A stretch of 37,300 bases of DNA from Patescibacteria group bacterium (GCA_038058285.1 JBBUBJ010000006.1:8683-45982), one strand, 5' to 3'. Shown: positions 7,156 to 14,846, counted from the stretch's first letter. Numbers and translations: made by a program. Notes: a model not told the origin generated them from the sequence alone.

Positions 7156-8276
7156 TTTTCTATTATACCACCACCAAGACAAATTTCATTGTCATACAAA
7201 ACCAAAGATTGTCCCGCCGAAACTCCCATTTGTGGTTTGTCAAACTCAACCAACAAGGATGACCCTTGTTGGTTAGGTTTTTGTGGTGTAATTTTGCATG
7301 GAATTTTTTCTTGGCGGTATCTTGTACGACAAAATAATTTTTCTTTAGTCCCGCGAAGCTTTAGCGAAGTGGGATTTATCCAATTTATTTCTGAAATTTC
7401 AAGTGTCAAGGGTCCCCCTTGGCTTTTTGAGTATGGTGTAATTTTGGGAGCGACAGTTATAGTGTTTTTTGAAATGTCTTTAGAAACAACATACAAAGGC
7501 ATTTCATTTTCTGATTTTTTGGTGACAGTGAATCCATGACGTTCGCCTATTGTAAAAAATAAAGCTCCGTTGTGGTGACCTATTTTTTTTCCTTCTAAAT
7601 CCAAAACATCTCCTCTTTTTGTTGGCATATATTGAGCTAAAAATTCTTTCATATCTATTTTACCCAAAAAACAAAGTCCTTGGCTGTCTTTTCTTGTCGC
7701 CTGTGGCAAGCCAAATTTTTCCGCCAACTTTCGTACTTTTGGTTTTTGCAAATGACCTATGGGAAATAAAATATGTTCGAGTTGTTTCTGTGTTAATGTC
7801 CACAAAAAATATGATTGGTCTTTGTTTTTGTCGGCTCCTTCCATTAACCCCACCCTGCCCTCCCCTTGATCAGAGGAGGCAACCGTACGAGCATAATGGC
7901 CAGTAGCAACATATTGAGCGCCATTTTTAAGAGCAAATTTGAGAAAGTGGCCGAATTTTATTTCTTTATTGCACATTACATCAGGATTAGGTGTTCTCCC
8001 TTTTTTATATTCGGCAATCATATAGTCAACCACTTCTTTTTTATATTCTTTTTCCAAGTCAAGAGTAATAAAAGGAATATCCAAAACTGCCGCCACTCTC
8101 ATAGCGCTTCTTCTATCTTCTTTCCAAGTGCAAGGATAACTCGGCGGAGTCCACGCTTTTATAAAAACTCCTGTCACATCATAACTTTCCTTCTTCAGCA
8201 ATGCCGCCGACACAGCGCTATCTACGCCTCCAGAAAGCCCCACATAAACTTTCTTTTTTACTGATTGACTTTTCAT
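7152..8276 (-). CDS. mnmA: tRNA 2-thiouridine(34) synthase MnmA
   Basis: PP-loop SGGVDS, KDQSYFL, TRYRQ and the C-terminal GQS.VLY pattern. Contains family A, B, C and D repeats in-frame. Confidence 0.9.
   Translation of the reverse strand: MKSQSVKKKVYVGLSGGVDSAVSAALLKKESYDVTGVFIKAWTPPSYPCTWKEDRRSAMRVAAVLDIPFITLDLEKEYKKEVVDYMIAEYKKGRTPNPDVMCNKEIKFGHFLKFALKNGAQYVATGHYARTVASSDQGEGRVGLMEGADKNKDQSYFLWTLTQKQLEHILFPIGHLQKPKVRKLAEKFGLPQATRKDSQGLCFLGKIDMKEFLAQYMPTKRGDVLDLEGKKIGHHNGALFFTIGERHGFTVTKKSENEMPLYVVSKDISKNTITVAPKITPYSKSQGGPLTLEISEINWINPTSLKLRGTKEKLFCRTRYRQEKIPCKITPQKPNQQGSSLLVEFDKPQMGVSAGQSLVLYDNEICLGGGIIEK
7248..7295 (+). repeat. Family A hairpin + tail, solo copy inside mnmA
   Basis: AACCAACAAGG-ATGAC-CCTTGTTGGTT + AGGTTTTTGTGGTGTAATTTT. 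Near-identical to 37031-37078. It is 48 nt long and is read on the minus strand as KITPQKPNQQGSSLLV. Confidence 0.85.
7349..7374 (+). repeat. Family C hairpin inside mnmA
   Basis: TCCCGC-GA-AGCTTTAGCGA-A-GTGGGA. Read on the minus strand as PTSLKLRG. Confidence 0.7.
7401..7445 (+). repeat. Family B hairpin + tail inside mnmA
   Basis: AAGTGTCAAGGGTCCCCCTTGGCTTTTTGAGTATGGTGTAATTTT. It is 45 nt long and is read as KITPYSKSQGGPLTL. Near-identical to 12561-12605. Confidence 0.85.
7848..7880 (-). repeat. Family D (short, degenerate) inside mnmA
   Basis: CCCCACCCTGCCCTCCCCTTGATCAGAGGAGGC compared with 14729-14773 (CCCCACCCC...GCCCTCCCCTTGTTCAGGGGAGGG). Read as SDQGEGRVG. Confidence 0.55.
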
Positions 8277-8313
8277 AATGGCTTATGTTATTATATTTTT
8301 GGAGGTGTAGCAA

Positions 8314-8673
8314 ATGCGAATTGTAGTTGTTTTACAGACGGATTTTCAAAAAGATGACGTTGGCGAAAAGATGGGGGCTCTTTTGAGTCTTCTTAACACC
8401 CTCGAGGTTGAATCAAAAAAACTTGCCATTCAAATGCCGTCGGGGGATGACTCGGTACTAAAGATAGATGTTCTGGATTCCCGTGAAGTTGATGGCGGGT
8501 CTGTGGAAAGTTTCAAATCACTTGTCCGTTTTGGCGGCGCGGTTCATGAAAGATGTGTTGAGTTCACTGCTCCAGACGGCTATAGGGATCCCTATTTCTC
8601 CGTTGATGGGAGAAAAGTAACATCTGGAGAGGTCTTTAGCGAGGTCTTCGGGACAGTGTTAGAAAAATTCTGA
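8314..8673 (+). CDS. Hypothetical acidic protein (orphan)
   Basis: GGAGGTG (8301-8307) lies 6 nt before the ATG and a strong terminator follows. Looks G+C-richer than its neighbours by eye. I recognise no motif. Confidence 0.5.
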   Translation: MRIVVVLQTDFQKDDVGEKMGALLSLLNTLEVESKKLAIQMPSGDDSVLKIDVLDSREVDGGSVESFKSLVRFGGAVHERCVEFTAPDGYRDPYFSVDGRKVTSGEVFSEVFGTVLEKF

Positions 8674-8686
8674 GCCGGCTGAACCA

Positions 8687-8723
8687 GCCCCCTCCGTGTG
8701 TATACCGGAGGGGCGCTTTTTTT
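8687..8723 (+). terminator. Rho-independent terminator after 8314..8673
   Basis: Stem CCCCTCCG (8689-8696) / CGGAGGGG (8706-8713), followed by CGCTTTTTTT. Confidence 0.65.
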
Positions 8724-9750
8724 ACCTCAAATACAATTCCCTATTTATTTTGTGCTCCTCAAAATTTTTAGCATAATACATATTTCCTTTTTTGTCAGAG
8801 AGAAAATATAAGTAATCTGTTTTTGTTGGTGTTATGGCAGCACGAATGGAATCAATGCCAGGATTGGTTATGGCTGTCGGTGGCAAGCCCTTATTTGTGT
8901 AAGTATTGTATTCATGATCTTCTTTTAAATCTTCTTTAGTTAAAGTGTAAGAATTTTTGCCATTGTAATATTGGAATGGCGCATCCACTTGCAAAGGCAT
9001 TTCCAGACGAAGCCGCTTCCACAAGATACCTGAAACAATTCTTTTTGATTCAAGAGTGCCGTTAGCTTCGTCTTCTATTATTGAGGCCATTATAATAACT
9101 TCGTTCAAAGGTTTTTTAAATTTTAAAATATCAGGCTGATATTTTTCTATTTGTCTGGCGAAATTTTCTCGCATCATTAATATAACATCGCTGGCTCTGG
9201 TATTGGGCATAAAAAAATAAGTGTCGGGAAATAAATAACCCTCATAATTATTATCCAAAATCTCATCCTCAAAATCATCCGCCTTAAAAGCTGGCAGTTC
9301 TTTTGTCAAAATCTCAGCCATTTCAAAAGAAGAAGTGCCCTCGGGAACGGTTATTTTTTTGGCTATCAAACCAAATTCGCCTTTGTGAATCATGCTAGCT
9401 ACTTTGAAAACACTGACAGCCGAAGGAAAATAATAATCACCAGCAATTACTCTCTTTTCACCGCCTAAAATAAAAATAAATGTTTTAAGCCAAAAACTGG
9501 AACGCACCACATTTTTTTGTTCAAAAGAATTGGCTATTTGAGAAAGAGACTCGCCTCTCTCAATGGTAACGAGAGCTTGTTCCGGAAAAGGTCTTGGTGA
9601 TCTCCAAAAAATAAAATAAGAAATAGAAAATAAAATTAGAAATAAAAAAACAGCCGATATTGTCCTAAGAAAATGATTATCTAAAAATATTAAAAACCTA
9701 GTAAATCGTTCTCGCCATATTTTTTTATCCAAATTTAATCTGAAATTCAT
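8722..9750 (-). CDS. mltG: Endolytic murein transglycosylase MltG (YceG-like)
   Basis: N-terminal TM helix, GDYYF, ASIIEDEA (catalytic Glu context) and YNTY..GLPP..I.NPG. Confidence 0.8.
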   Translation of the reverse strand: MNFRLNLDKKIWRERFTRFLIFLDNHFLRTISAVFLFLILFSISYFIFWRSPRPFPEQALVTIERGESLSQIANSFEQKNVVRSSFWLKTFIFILGGEKRVIAGDYYFPSAVSVFKVASMIHKGEFGLIAKKITVPEGTSSFEMAEILTKELPAFKADDFEDEILDNNYEGYLFPDTYFFMPNTRASDVILMMRENFARQIEKYQPDILKFKKPLNEVIIMASIIEDEANGTLESKRIVSGILWKRLRLEMPLQVDAPFQYYNGKNSYTLTKEDLKEDHEYNTYTNKGLPPTAITNPGIDSIRAAITPTKTDYLYFLSDKKGNMYYAKNFEEHKINRELYLR

Positions 9751-9752
9751 TT

Positions 9753-11021
9753 TTATATAGGCAGATTAAAGGGAGCTTCGGATTTTTTGGACGGAATTCT
9801 TTCAAATGTTGGAGTGGTTGAAACCAAACCCGGGAAATGATAAATGGTTGCCAACTCCTCGGCGTTCAAAACAAAAGGTTTGGTAACATGATATTTTTTA
9901 CCTTTCCATGGCGAATAAAAATATCGGCGGAGTTTGTATTCTTCCAACAATTTTGGTTTTATTTTTTCTTCCCTGTTCCACCATTTGTCCCATGGATAAT
10001 CAAAATCATCAAACCATCCTTTTGGTCTAAAACCATTTAAATTAAGTGAGCCATATTGCTTCAATGTTCCTATTGTTCCCCCAATGTTTGCTGGGTTAAA
10101 TTTGTCTTTATCGGCAATATAAACTGCTCTTATGCCACAATCAAAAGGAAATTTAGAAACACTACGTTCCAAAGCGGCAATTCTATCAGCTTCTCCTTTG
10201 CTTGGTATTCTTGGGAATCCACCCTCATCTTTAGCAACTTTTAATTCTTCTAAAATTTTATTTTTTGCTATCTTGGCATCTTCTTTCCAAGTGTCAACTT
10301 TTTCATACCAAGCAAATTTTTCCCATTTTTTCTTCCATTCAAGGGGTTTTCTTATTTTGTCTTTATGAGCGCGAATTAAAATTTGAATCCAAACATTGTG
10401 TCCGGCCGTCATAGAACCCAAAAATTCTATCATAGCTGTCATAGGGTCAATTTTAAATTCTTCTTTGGGGTCTCTATCAAGACCATAATCAACATAAGTT
10501 TTTATTGGAAAAGGGTCTGGTTCGGTAAGAGCAAATTCGACCCCCCAGACATTGTTTTTTTCAGGATTGTAATAAAAAGACTTGGTATAATCCTCTGCCT
10601 CGTAAATTTCTATGCCGGGATACTGAGAATATATTTGAGCCTCGATAGCGTTTCTATGTTTTGGTTTAGTCCATATAAAAAATCTGACTTGACCTCCAAG
10701 AGAAACAACTTCCAATGAAAACCAAGATCTTGTTTTGCCTTCCCATGTCTTGTTTATCCAAGTGGTTTCTCCTCCGGTCTGATGAAAAGCGCCCAAAACA
10801 ATTTCCATAGCCAAAGGCGACTTGTTTATTTCCCTAGGCAATTTTATTTCAAGTAAAACAGAACCCTCTTTTTGCCAAAATTTTAATCGTTTATATTTAA
10901 GCCAAGCATTAAATAAAAGCGTCAAAAAAATCACTGGCAACCAAACAGCCGAAGTTGCATAAACATATTTAAACGCCATCATCAAACTACCCCAAATTTC
11001 AGGTGATATAAAACTGAACAT
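9753..11021 (-). CDS. Conserved hypothetical membrane-anchored protein
   Basis: Long ORF with an N-terminal TM helix pair. The C-terminal ELATIYHFPG motif is reminiscent of CPR and Gram-positive secretion-associated proteins. There is no P-loop. Confidence 0.6.
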   Translation of the reverse strand: MFSFISPEIWGSLMMAFKYVYATSAVWLPVIFLTLLFNAWLKYKRLKFWQKEGSVLLEIKLPREINKSPLAMEIVLGAFHQTGGETTWINKTWEGKTRSWFSLEVVSLGGQVRFFIWTKPKHRNAIEAQIYSQYPGIEIYEAEDYTKSFYYNPEKNNVWGVEFALTEPDPFPIKTYVDYGLDRDPKEEFKIDPMTAMIEFLGSMTAGHNVWIQILIRAHKDKIRKPLEWKKKWEKFAWYEKVDTWKEDAKIAKNKILEELKVAKDEGGFPRIPSKGEADRIAALERSVSKFPFDCGIRAVYIADKDKFNPANIGGTIGTLKQYGSLNLNGFRPKGWFDDFDYPWDKWWNREEKIKPKLLEEYKLRRYFYSPWKGKKYHVTKPFVLNAEELATIYHFPGLVSTTPTFERIPSKKSEAPFNLPI

Positions 11022-11056
11022 ATAGTAATTATACTATATGATTTGAAAATTAAAAA

Positions 11057-12124
11057 TTAAGCAACCGTGTATAAACCCTGTTTATTTTTTTTGAAGTATT
11101 TTGGATTTTGGAGGTTGACCATAACGGTGTTGGCTTTGACATAGCGCTCTTTCATAACTTTTTCCAAAATTTGTTCTTTTGAAAGATGTCCATTTTTTTC
11201 CAAAATTTCACGAATGACATCTCTGACCACACCTGTTGAATAACCCCATTCTTTGAGAGCGTAAAGTCCGCGGCCAACCAAAACGAAGCGAGGGTCTTTT
11301 ATGAGCTCGTTGTGGGTAGTGGCGACATGAGCTTTCTTTTTAAACACTTCGCTTATCAATTTGGCCACTTCTCTAAAATGAATGGGTGAACCGTGTCGGC
11401 GCAAAATCAAATAGGCATAATCGCGCACCCCCTTGGTTTTAATATTTGAAGATTTGGACTTGCCCCACTCACCCAGAGGATTTTTGGCTATGTTTTTTGA
11501 AATTGAAAGCCATCTGGTCAGAATCTCATCTTGTTTATATTCATTAGAAACTTCTTTGAGGTGTTCCAAGAAAGAGGAAACAATTTCTGATTCGGGAATT
11601 ATTTCATCGTCGCCAAGCTGAGCATAAAGTTTTTGTAGAGCCTCGTGAATTTTATCAGACAAATTTTTATCCACATGCCAGCGGTGTTTAAATTCAACAT
11701 CTTCTTTTATTTTATTAAAATCATCGCCGACTACCAGAAGAAAATGGATATATTTTTTAGTAACGGTATCTTTACCCAAGCTATTTAACAAATCGTCTTC
11801 AGAAATAACGCCCCCCATTTTATTTATAGTATTTTTAAGTTCATCAAAAACCACACTTTCTTTTTCATAAGTATTCGCTTTTCGGACATGATTAATGGCA
11901 TAATTTTCTATCTGTCTGACTCTCTCTCTTGTAATTCCGTATTTTTTACCTATCGATTCAAGAGTCATTTCGTCTCCGCTTTGATTAAGCCCAAACCTGC
12001 CCACGATAACATCTTGGGCCCTGGCTGGCAGAGAACTCAAAAGTCTTTTAACCACCTGTTTTGGATTGAACGAAAGCATGAACAATTTTGGGGTTTCTTT
12101 TTTCATCCCGTTAGAAGTTTTCAT
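11057..12124 (-). CDS. Sigma-70 region-4-like HTH plus HARE-HTH domain protein
   Basis: MTLESIGKKYGITRERVRQIE (region 4 pattern). C-terminal AYLILRRHGSPIHFREVAKLI...DPRFVLVGRGLYALKEW (HARE-HTH pattern). Confidence 0.65.
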   Translation of the reverse strand: MKTSNGMKKETPKLFMLSFNPKQVVKRLLSSLPARAQDVIVGRFGLNQSGDEMTLESIGKKYGITRERVRQIENYAINHVRKANTYEKESVVFDELKNTINKMGGVISEDDLLNSLGKDTVTKKYIHFLLVVGDDFNKIKEDVEFKHRWHVDKNLSDKIHEALQKLYAQLGDDEIIPESEIVSSFLEHLKEVSNEYKQDEILTRWLSISKNIAKNPLGEWGKSKSSNIKTKGVRDYAYLILRRHGSPIHFREVAKLISEVFKKKAHVATTHNELIKDPRFVLVGRGLYALKEWGYSTGVVRDVIREILEKNGHLSKEQILEKVMKERYVKANTVMVNLQNPKYFKKNKQGLYTVA

Positions 12125-12212
12125 ATTTTTAATAATTAATTATACTACAATATTATAACACATTTAATAATGTTCACAATATCATACTCAAAAACTTTGT
12201 CAACCTTTAATA

Positions 12213-14642
12213 TTATACCACAAAATTAACTATTTTATTGAGTACAAAAATAGTCTTTTTTATTTCCTTATCATCAAGCCATTTTTGGACATCTGGCATG
12301 ATTAGCGCTTTTTCTTGGGCTTCTTTTTCGGATATGCCCGTTTCCGCTTCAAACTGAGCCCTCACTTTTCCATTTATTTGAACGACAATAATCACATTTT
12401 CCTCTTTAATTTTTGACTCGTCATATTTTGGCCATTCTTCCAAATGAATTGAAGATTCATTTGCCCCGCATAGCTTTAGCGAAGTGGGGCTGTTCCAAAT
12501 CTCATCCGTCATATGTGGTGCAAAAGGCGCCAGCAATTTCAAAAAAGTTTCAAACATGTCTAGTGTCAAGGGTTCCCCTTGGCTTTTTTGGTGTGGTGTA
12601 ATTTTTTCAAGTTCGTTTAATAAAATCATCATAGCTGAAATAGCAGTATTGAATTTATAATTTTCAATATCTTCTGTTACTTTTTTTATGGTTTTGTGCA
12701 AAAGATTCTCGAGTTTTTTATTACCGACTCCTAACTCCCCCGCCTCGCTCCGCTCGGCACCCCCTCTTAAATTAAGAGGGGGTTTGGGGGTGTTATTCAC
12801 TTTTGCCGCTATCTTCCACACCCTCTCCAAAAATCGGCGAATTCCTACCACTCCTCCCAAATCCCACGGATACTGCCCCGTTTCGTTATATGGTCCTATA
12901 AAAGCCAAATACATTTTGACTGTATCTGATCCGACTTTTTCTACCATTTCATCAGGGTCAACTACATTACCTTTGCTCTTGCTCATCTTTTGTCCGTCTG
13001 GTCCCAAAATAAGAGCTCGATTCATTCTTTTAATAAAAGGCTCTGATTCATTTACCAGTCCCAAATCAAAAAGAGCTTTGTGAAAAAATCTTGAATACAA
13101 AAGATGCATGGTGTTATGTTCAGCTCCGCCGGAATAGCGATTAACCGGCATCCATTTTTTTAGCCTGAGCTTATCGAATGGTTCGTTTTTGTTTTTAGAA
13201 TCGCAGTATCTTAAAAAATACCACGAAGAATCTATAAAAGTATCCATAGTGTCATATTCAGGTTTCCAGCCTTCGCCAAATATTTTCTCTACTCTTTCCC
13301 TCAATTCTTTTGAAGTAGCGATTGGAGATTCGCCTTTGGGTGCAAAATCTTTAACATCTTCAGGCAGAAGCCACGGCAAATTTTCTTTCGGCACAGGATG
13401 CGGCTTTCCTTCCGGATCATAAACTATGGGTATGGGACACCCCCAATATCTCTGGCGCGAAAGCAGCCAGTCCCTCAATTTATATTTTGTTACTTTTTGA
13501 CCAAATTTTTGTAAATCCCAGTCAAGTGTGATTTCTTTTACCGGTAAATTATATTTTTTAGCGAAGTCCATATCTCTTTCGTCATGTGACGGAACCGCCA
13601 TAATTGCTCCCGTGCCATAATTACCCAAAACATAATCAGCCACGAAAACCGGTATCTCCTCCCCATTTGCCGGATTAATCACCTTCACTCCTTTTATTTC
13701 AACCCCCGTTTTTTCTTTCTTTTCATTAGTCCTCTCTATTTCTGTTTTTTGTTTTGTCTGATTTATGTATTTTTGAATTTCTTCTTTGTTTCGGATTTCG
13801 GATTTAGAATTTAGAATTTCTTGCGTGAGCCAAGGATGTTCCGGTGCGACAACAACATAAGTTGCTCCCATTAAAGTATCTGCTCTTGTTGTAAAAACTT
13901 TTATTTTCTCTTTTATTTCGGATTTCGAATTTCGGATTTCGAATTTTAAAACTGTTCCTTCCGACTTCCCAATCCAGTTTTTTTGCGCCGTCTTTATTTC
14001 TTCTGGCCATTTCAAATTATCTAAATCGGAAAGTAGGTCCTCAGCATAATCTGTAATTTTGAAAAACCACTGCTCTAAATCTTTTTGAATAACTTCGGCA
14101 TCGCATCTCTCACACTTCCCCGCCACCACCTGCTCGTTGGCCAGCACCGTATTGCACGACGGGCACCAGTTGACGCTAGCCTTTTTCTTATAAGCCAAAC
14201 CTTTTTCGTAAAGTTTCAAAAACAACCACTGCGTCCATTTATAATATTCCGGGTCGGAAGTGATGACTTTGCGCGACCAGTCAAAGGAATTGCCCATACT
14301 CTGCAGTTGCTTTTCCATGTAGGCAATATTTTCGTAAGTCCACTTGCGCGGGTCCACGCCGTGTTTGATGGCGGCGTTTTCTGCCGGCAATCCGAATGCA
14401 TCAAAACCAATCGGAAACATGACATTGTAACCTTGCATTCTTTTGGTCCGCGCGAAAATATCCGGCACGGCAAAAGCATACCAATGACCTATGTGCAAAT
14501 TGCCCGATGGGTATGGGAACTCTACTAGCGTGTAAAAATTTTCTTTTCCCTTTACTTCATCCTCCGTTTTGTAAAGATTATCTTCCTGCCATTTCTTCTG
14601 CCACTTCTTTTCTATTTCTTTATGATCGTATTTTTCTTGCAT
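12213..14642 (-). CDS. leuS: Leucine--tRNA ligase
   Basis: PYPSGNLHIGH (HIGH motif), KMSKSKGN (KMSKS motif), FTTRADT and the editing domain. Contains family B, C, D and two family E repeats in-frame. Confidence 0.95.
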   Translation of the reverse strand: MQEKYDHKEIEKKWQKKWQEDNLYKTEDEVKGKENFYTLVEFPYPSGNLHIGHWYAFAVPDIFARTKRMQGYNVMFPIGFDAFGLPAENAAIKHGVDPRKWTYENIAYMEKQLQSMGNSFDWSRKVITSDPEYYKWTQWLFLKLYEKGLAYKKKASVNWCPSCNTVLANEQVVAGKCERCDAEVIQKDLEQWFFKITDYAEDLLSDLDNLKWPEEIKTAQKNWIGKSEGTVLKFEIRNSKSEIKEKIKVFTTRADTLMGATYVVVAPEHPWLTQEILNSKSEIRNKEEIQKYINQTKQKTEIERTNEKKEKTGVEIKGVKVINPANGEEIPVFVADYVLGNYGTGAIMAVPSHDERDMDFAKKYNLPVKEITLDWDLQKFGQKVTKYKLRDWLLSRQRYWGCPIPIVYDPEGKPHPVPKENLPWLLPEDVKDFAPKGESPIATSKELRERVEKIFGEGWKPEYDTMDTFIDSSWYFLRYCDSKNKNEPFDKLRLKKWMPVNRYSGGAEHNTMHLLYSRFFHKALFDLGLVNESEPFIKRMNRALILGPDGQKMSKSKGNVVDPDEMVEKVGSDTVKMYLAFIGPYNETGQYPWDLGGVVGIRRFLERVWKIAAKVNNTPKPPLNLRGGAERSEAGELGVGNKKLENLLHKTIKKVTEDIENYKFNTAISAMMILLNELEKITPHQKSQGEPLTLDMFETFLKLLAPFAPHMTDEIWNSPTSLKLCGANESSIHLEEWPKYDESKIKEENVIIVVQINGKVRAQFEAETGISEKEAQEKALIMPDVQKWLDDKEIKKTIFVLNKIVNFVV
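12463..12490 (+). repeat. Family C hairpin inside leuS
   Basis: GCCCCGC-AT-AGCTTTAGCGA-A-GTGGGGC. Read as SPTSLKLCG. Confidence 0.7.
12561..12605 (+). repeat. Family B hairpin + tail inside leuS
   Basis: TAGTGTCAAGGGTTCCCCTTGGCTTTTTTGGTGTGGTGTAATTTT. It is 45 nt long and is read as KITPHQKSQGEPLTL. Confidence 0.85.
12733..12792 (+). repeat. Family D hairpin + tail inside leuS
   Basis: CCCCCTCTTAA-A-TTAAGAGGGGG (12760-12782) plus the TTTGGGGGTG tail, preceded by CCCCCGCCTCGCTCCGCTCGGC. Read as TPKPPLNLRGGAERSEAGE. Confidence 0.7.
13789..13820. repeat. Family E tandem units inside leuS
   Basis: TTTCGGATTTCGGATTTAGAATTTAGAATTTC. Read as EILNSKSEIRN. Confidence 0.7.
13915..13947. repeat. Family E tandem units inside leuS
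   Basis: ATTTCGGATTTCGAATTTCGGATTTCGAATTTT. Read as EIRNSKSEIK. Confidence 0.7.
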
Positions 14643-14677
14643 ATTTTAAATATAACCCATTATACGCTTTTTTTCCA

Positions 14678-14718
14678 GAGGATGACCCTTGAAGAATTTG
14701 CCCCAAAGGGTCATCCTC
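14678..14718. repeat. Family G long hairpin (arms GAGGATGACCCTT / AAGGGTCATCCTC, loop ending TGCCCCA)
   Basis: Perfect 13-bp arms. The arm sequence is related to the family A core GGATGACCCTT. The loop end TGCCCCA-AAGGG is shared with 23151-23205. Confidence 0.7.
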
Positions 14719-14728
14719 AAATTTTTAA

Positions 14729-14773
14729 CCCCACCCCTCGCTTCGCGTAGCCCTCCCCTTGTTCAGGGGAGGG
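14729..14773 (-). repeat. Family D tail + hairpin
   Basis: CCCCACCCC tail, then CTCGCTTCGCGTAG, then stem CCCTCCCCT (14751-14759) / AGGGGAGGG (14765-14773). Confidence 0.7.
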
Positions 14774-14811
14774 AAAAAATCTTGCGGCTCAATCCGGACG
14801 AATTTAGCCGC
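14774..14811 (-). terminator. Probable terminator of the hicB-hicA-14887 operon
   Basis: On the minus strand: GCGGCT...AGCCGC stem (14784-14811) followed by AAGATTTTTT. A second 9-bp hairpin (14812-14841) lies directly upstream. Confidence 0.45.
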
Positions 14812-14846
14812 AACGGCTCAGATGGCAGGAAATGAGCCGTTGAAAA

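Noticed and set aside
8687-8723. Hairpins after orphan genes as integron attC sites (gene cassettes)
   Set aside because: The stems are followed by T-runs, as typical intrinsic terminators are. The orphans are dispersed and not arrayed. No integron integrase or attI is present.
13789-13947. Regularly spaced short repeats that could be mistaken for a CRISPR array
   Set aside because: The units are 8-9 nt tandem copies with no spacers, and they lie inside the leuS reading frame. I saw no repeat-spacer architecture and no cas genes anywhere in the window.
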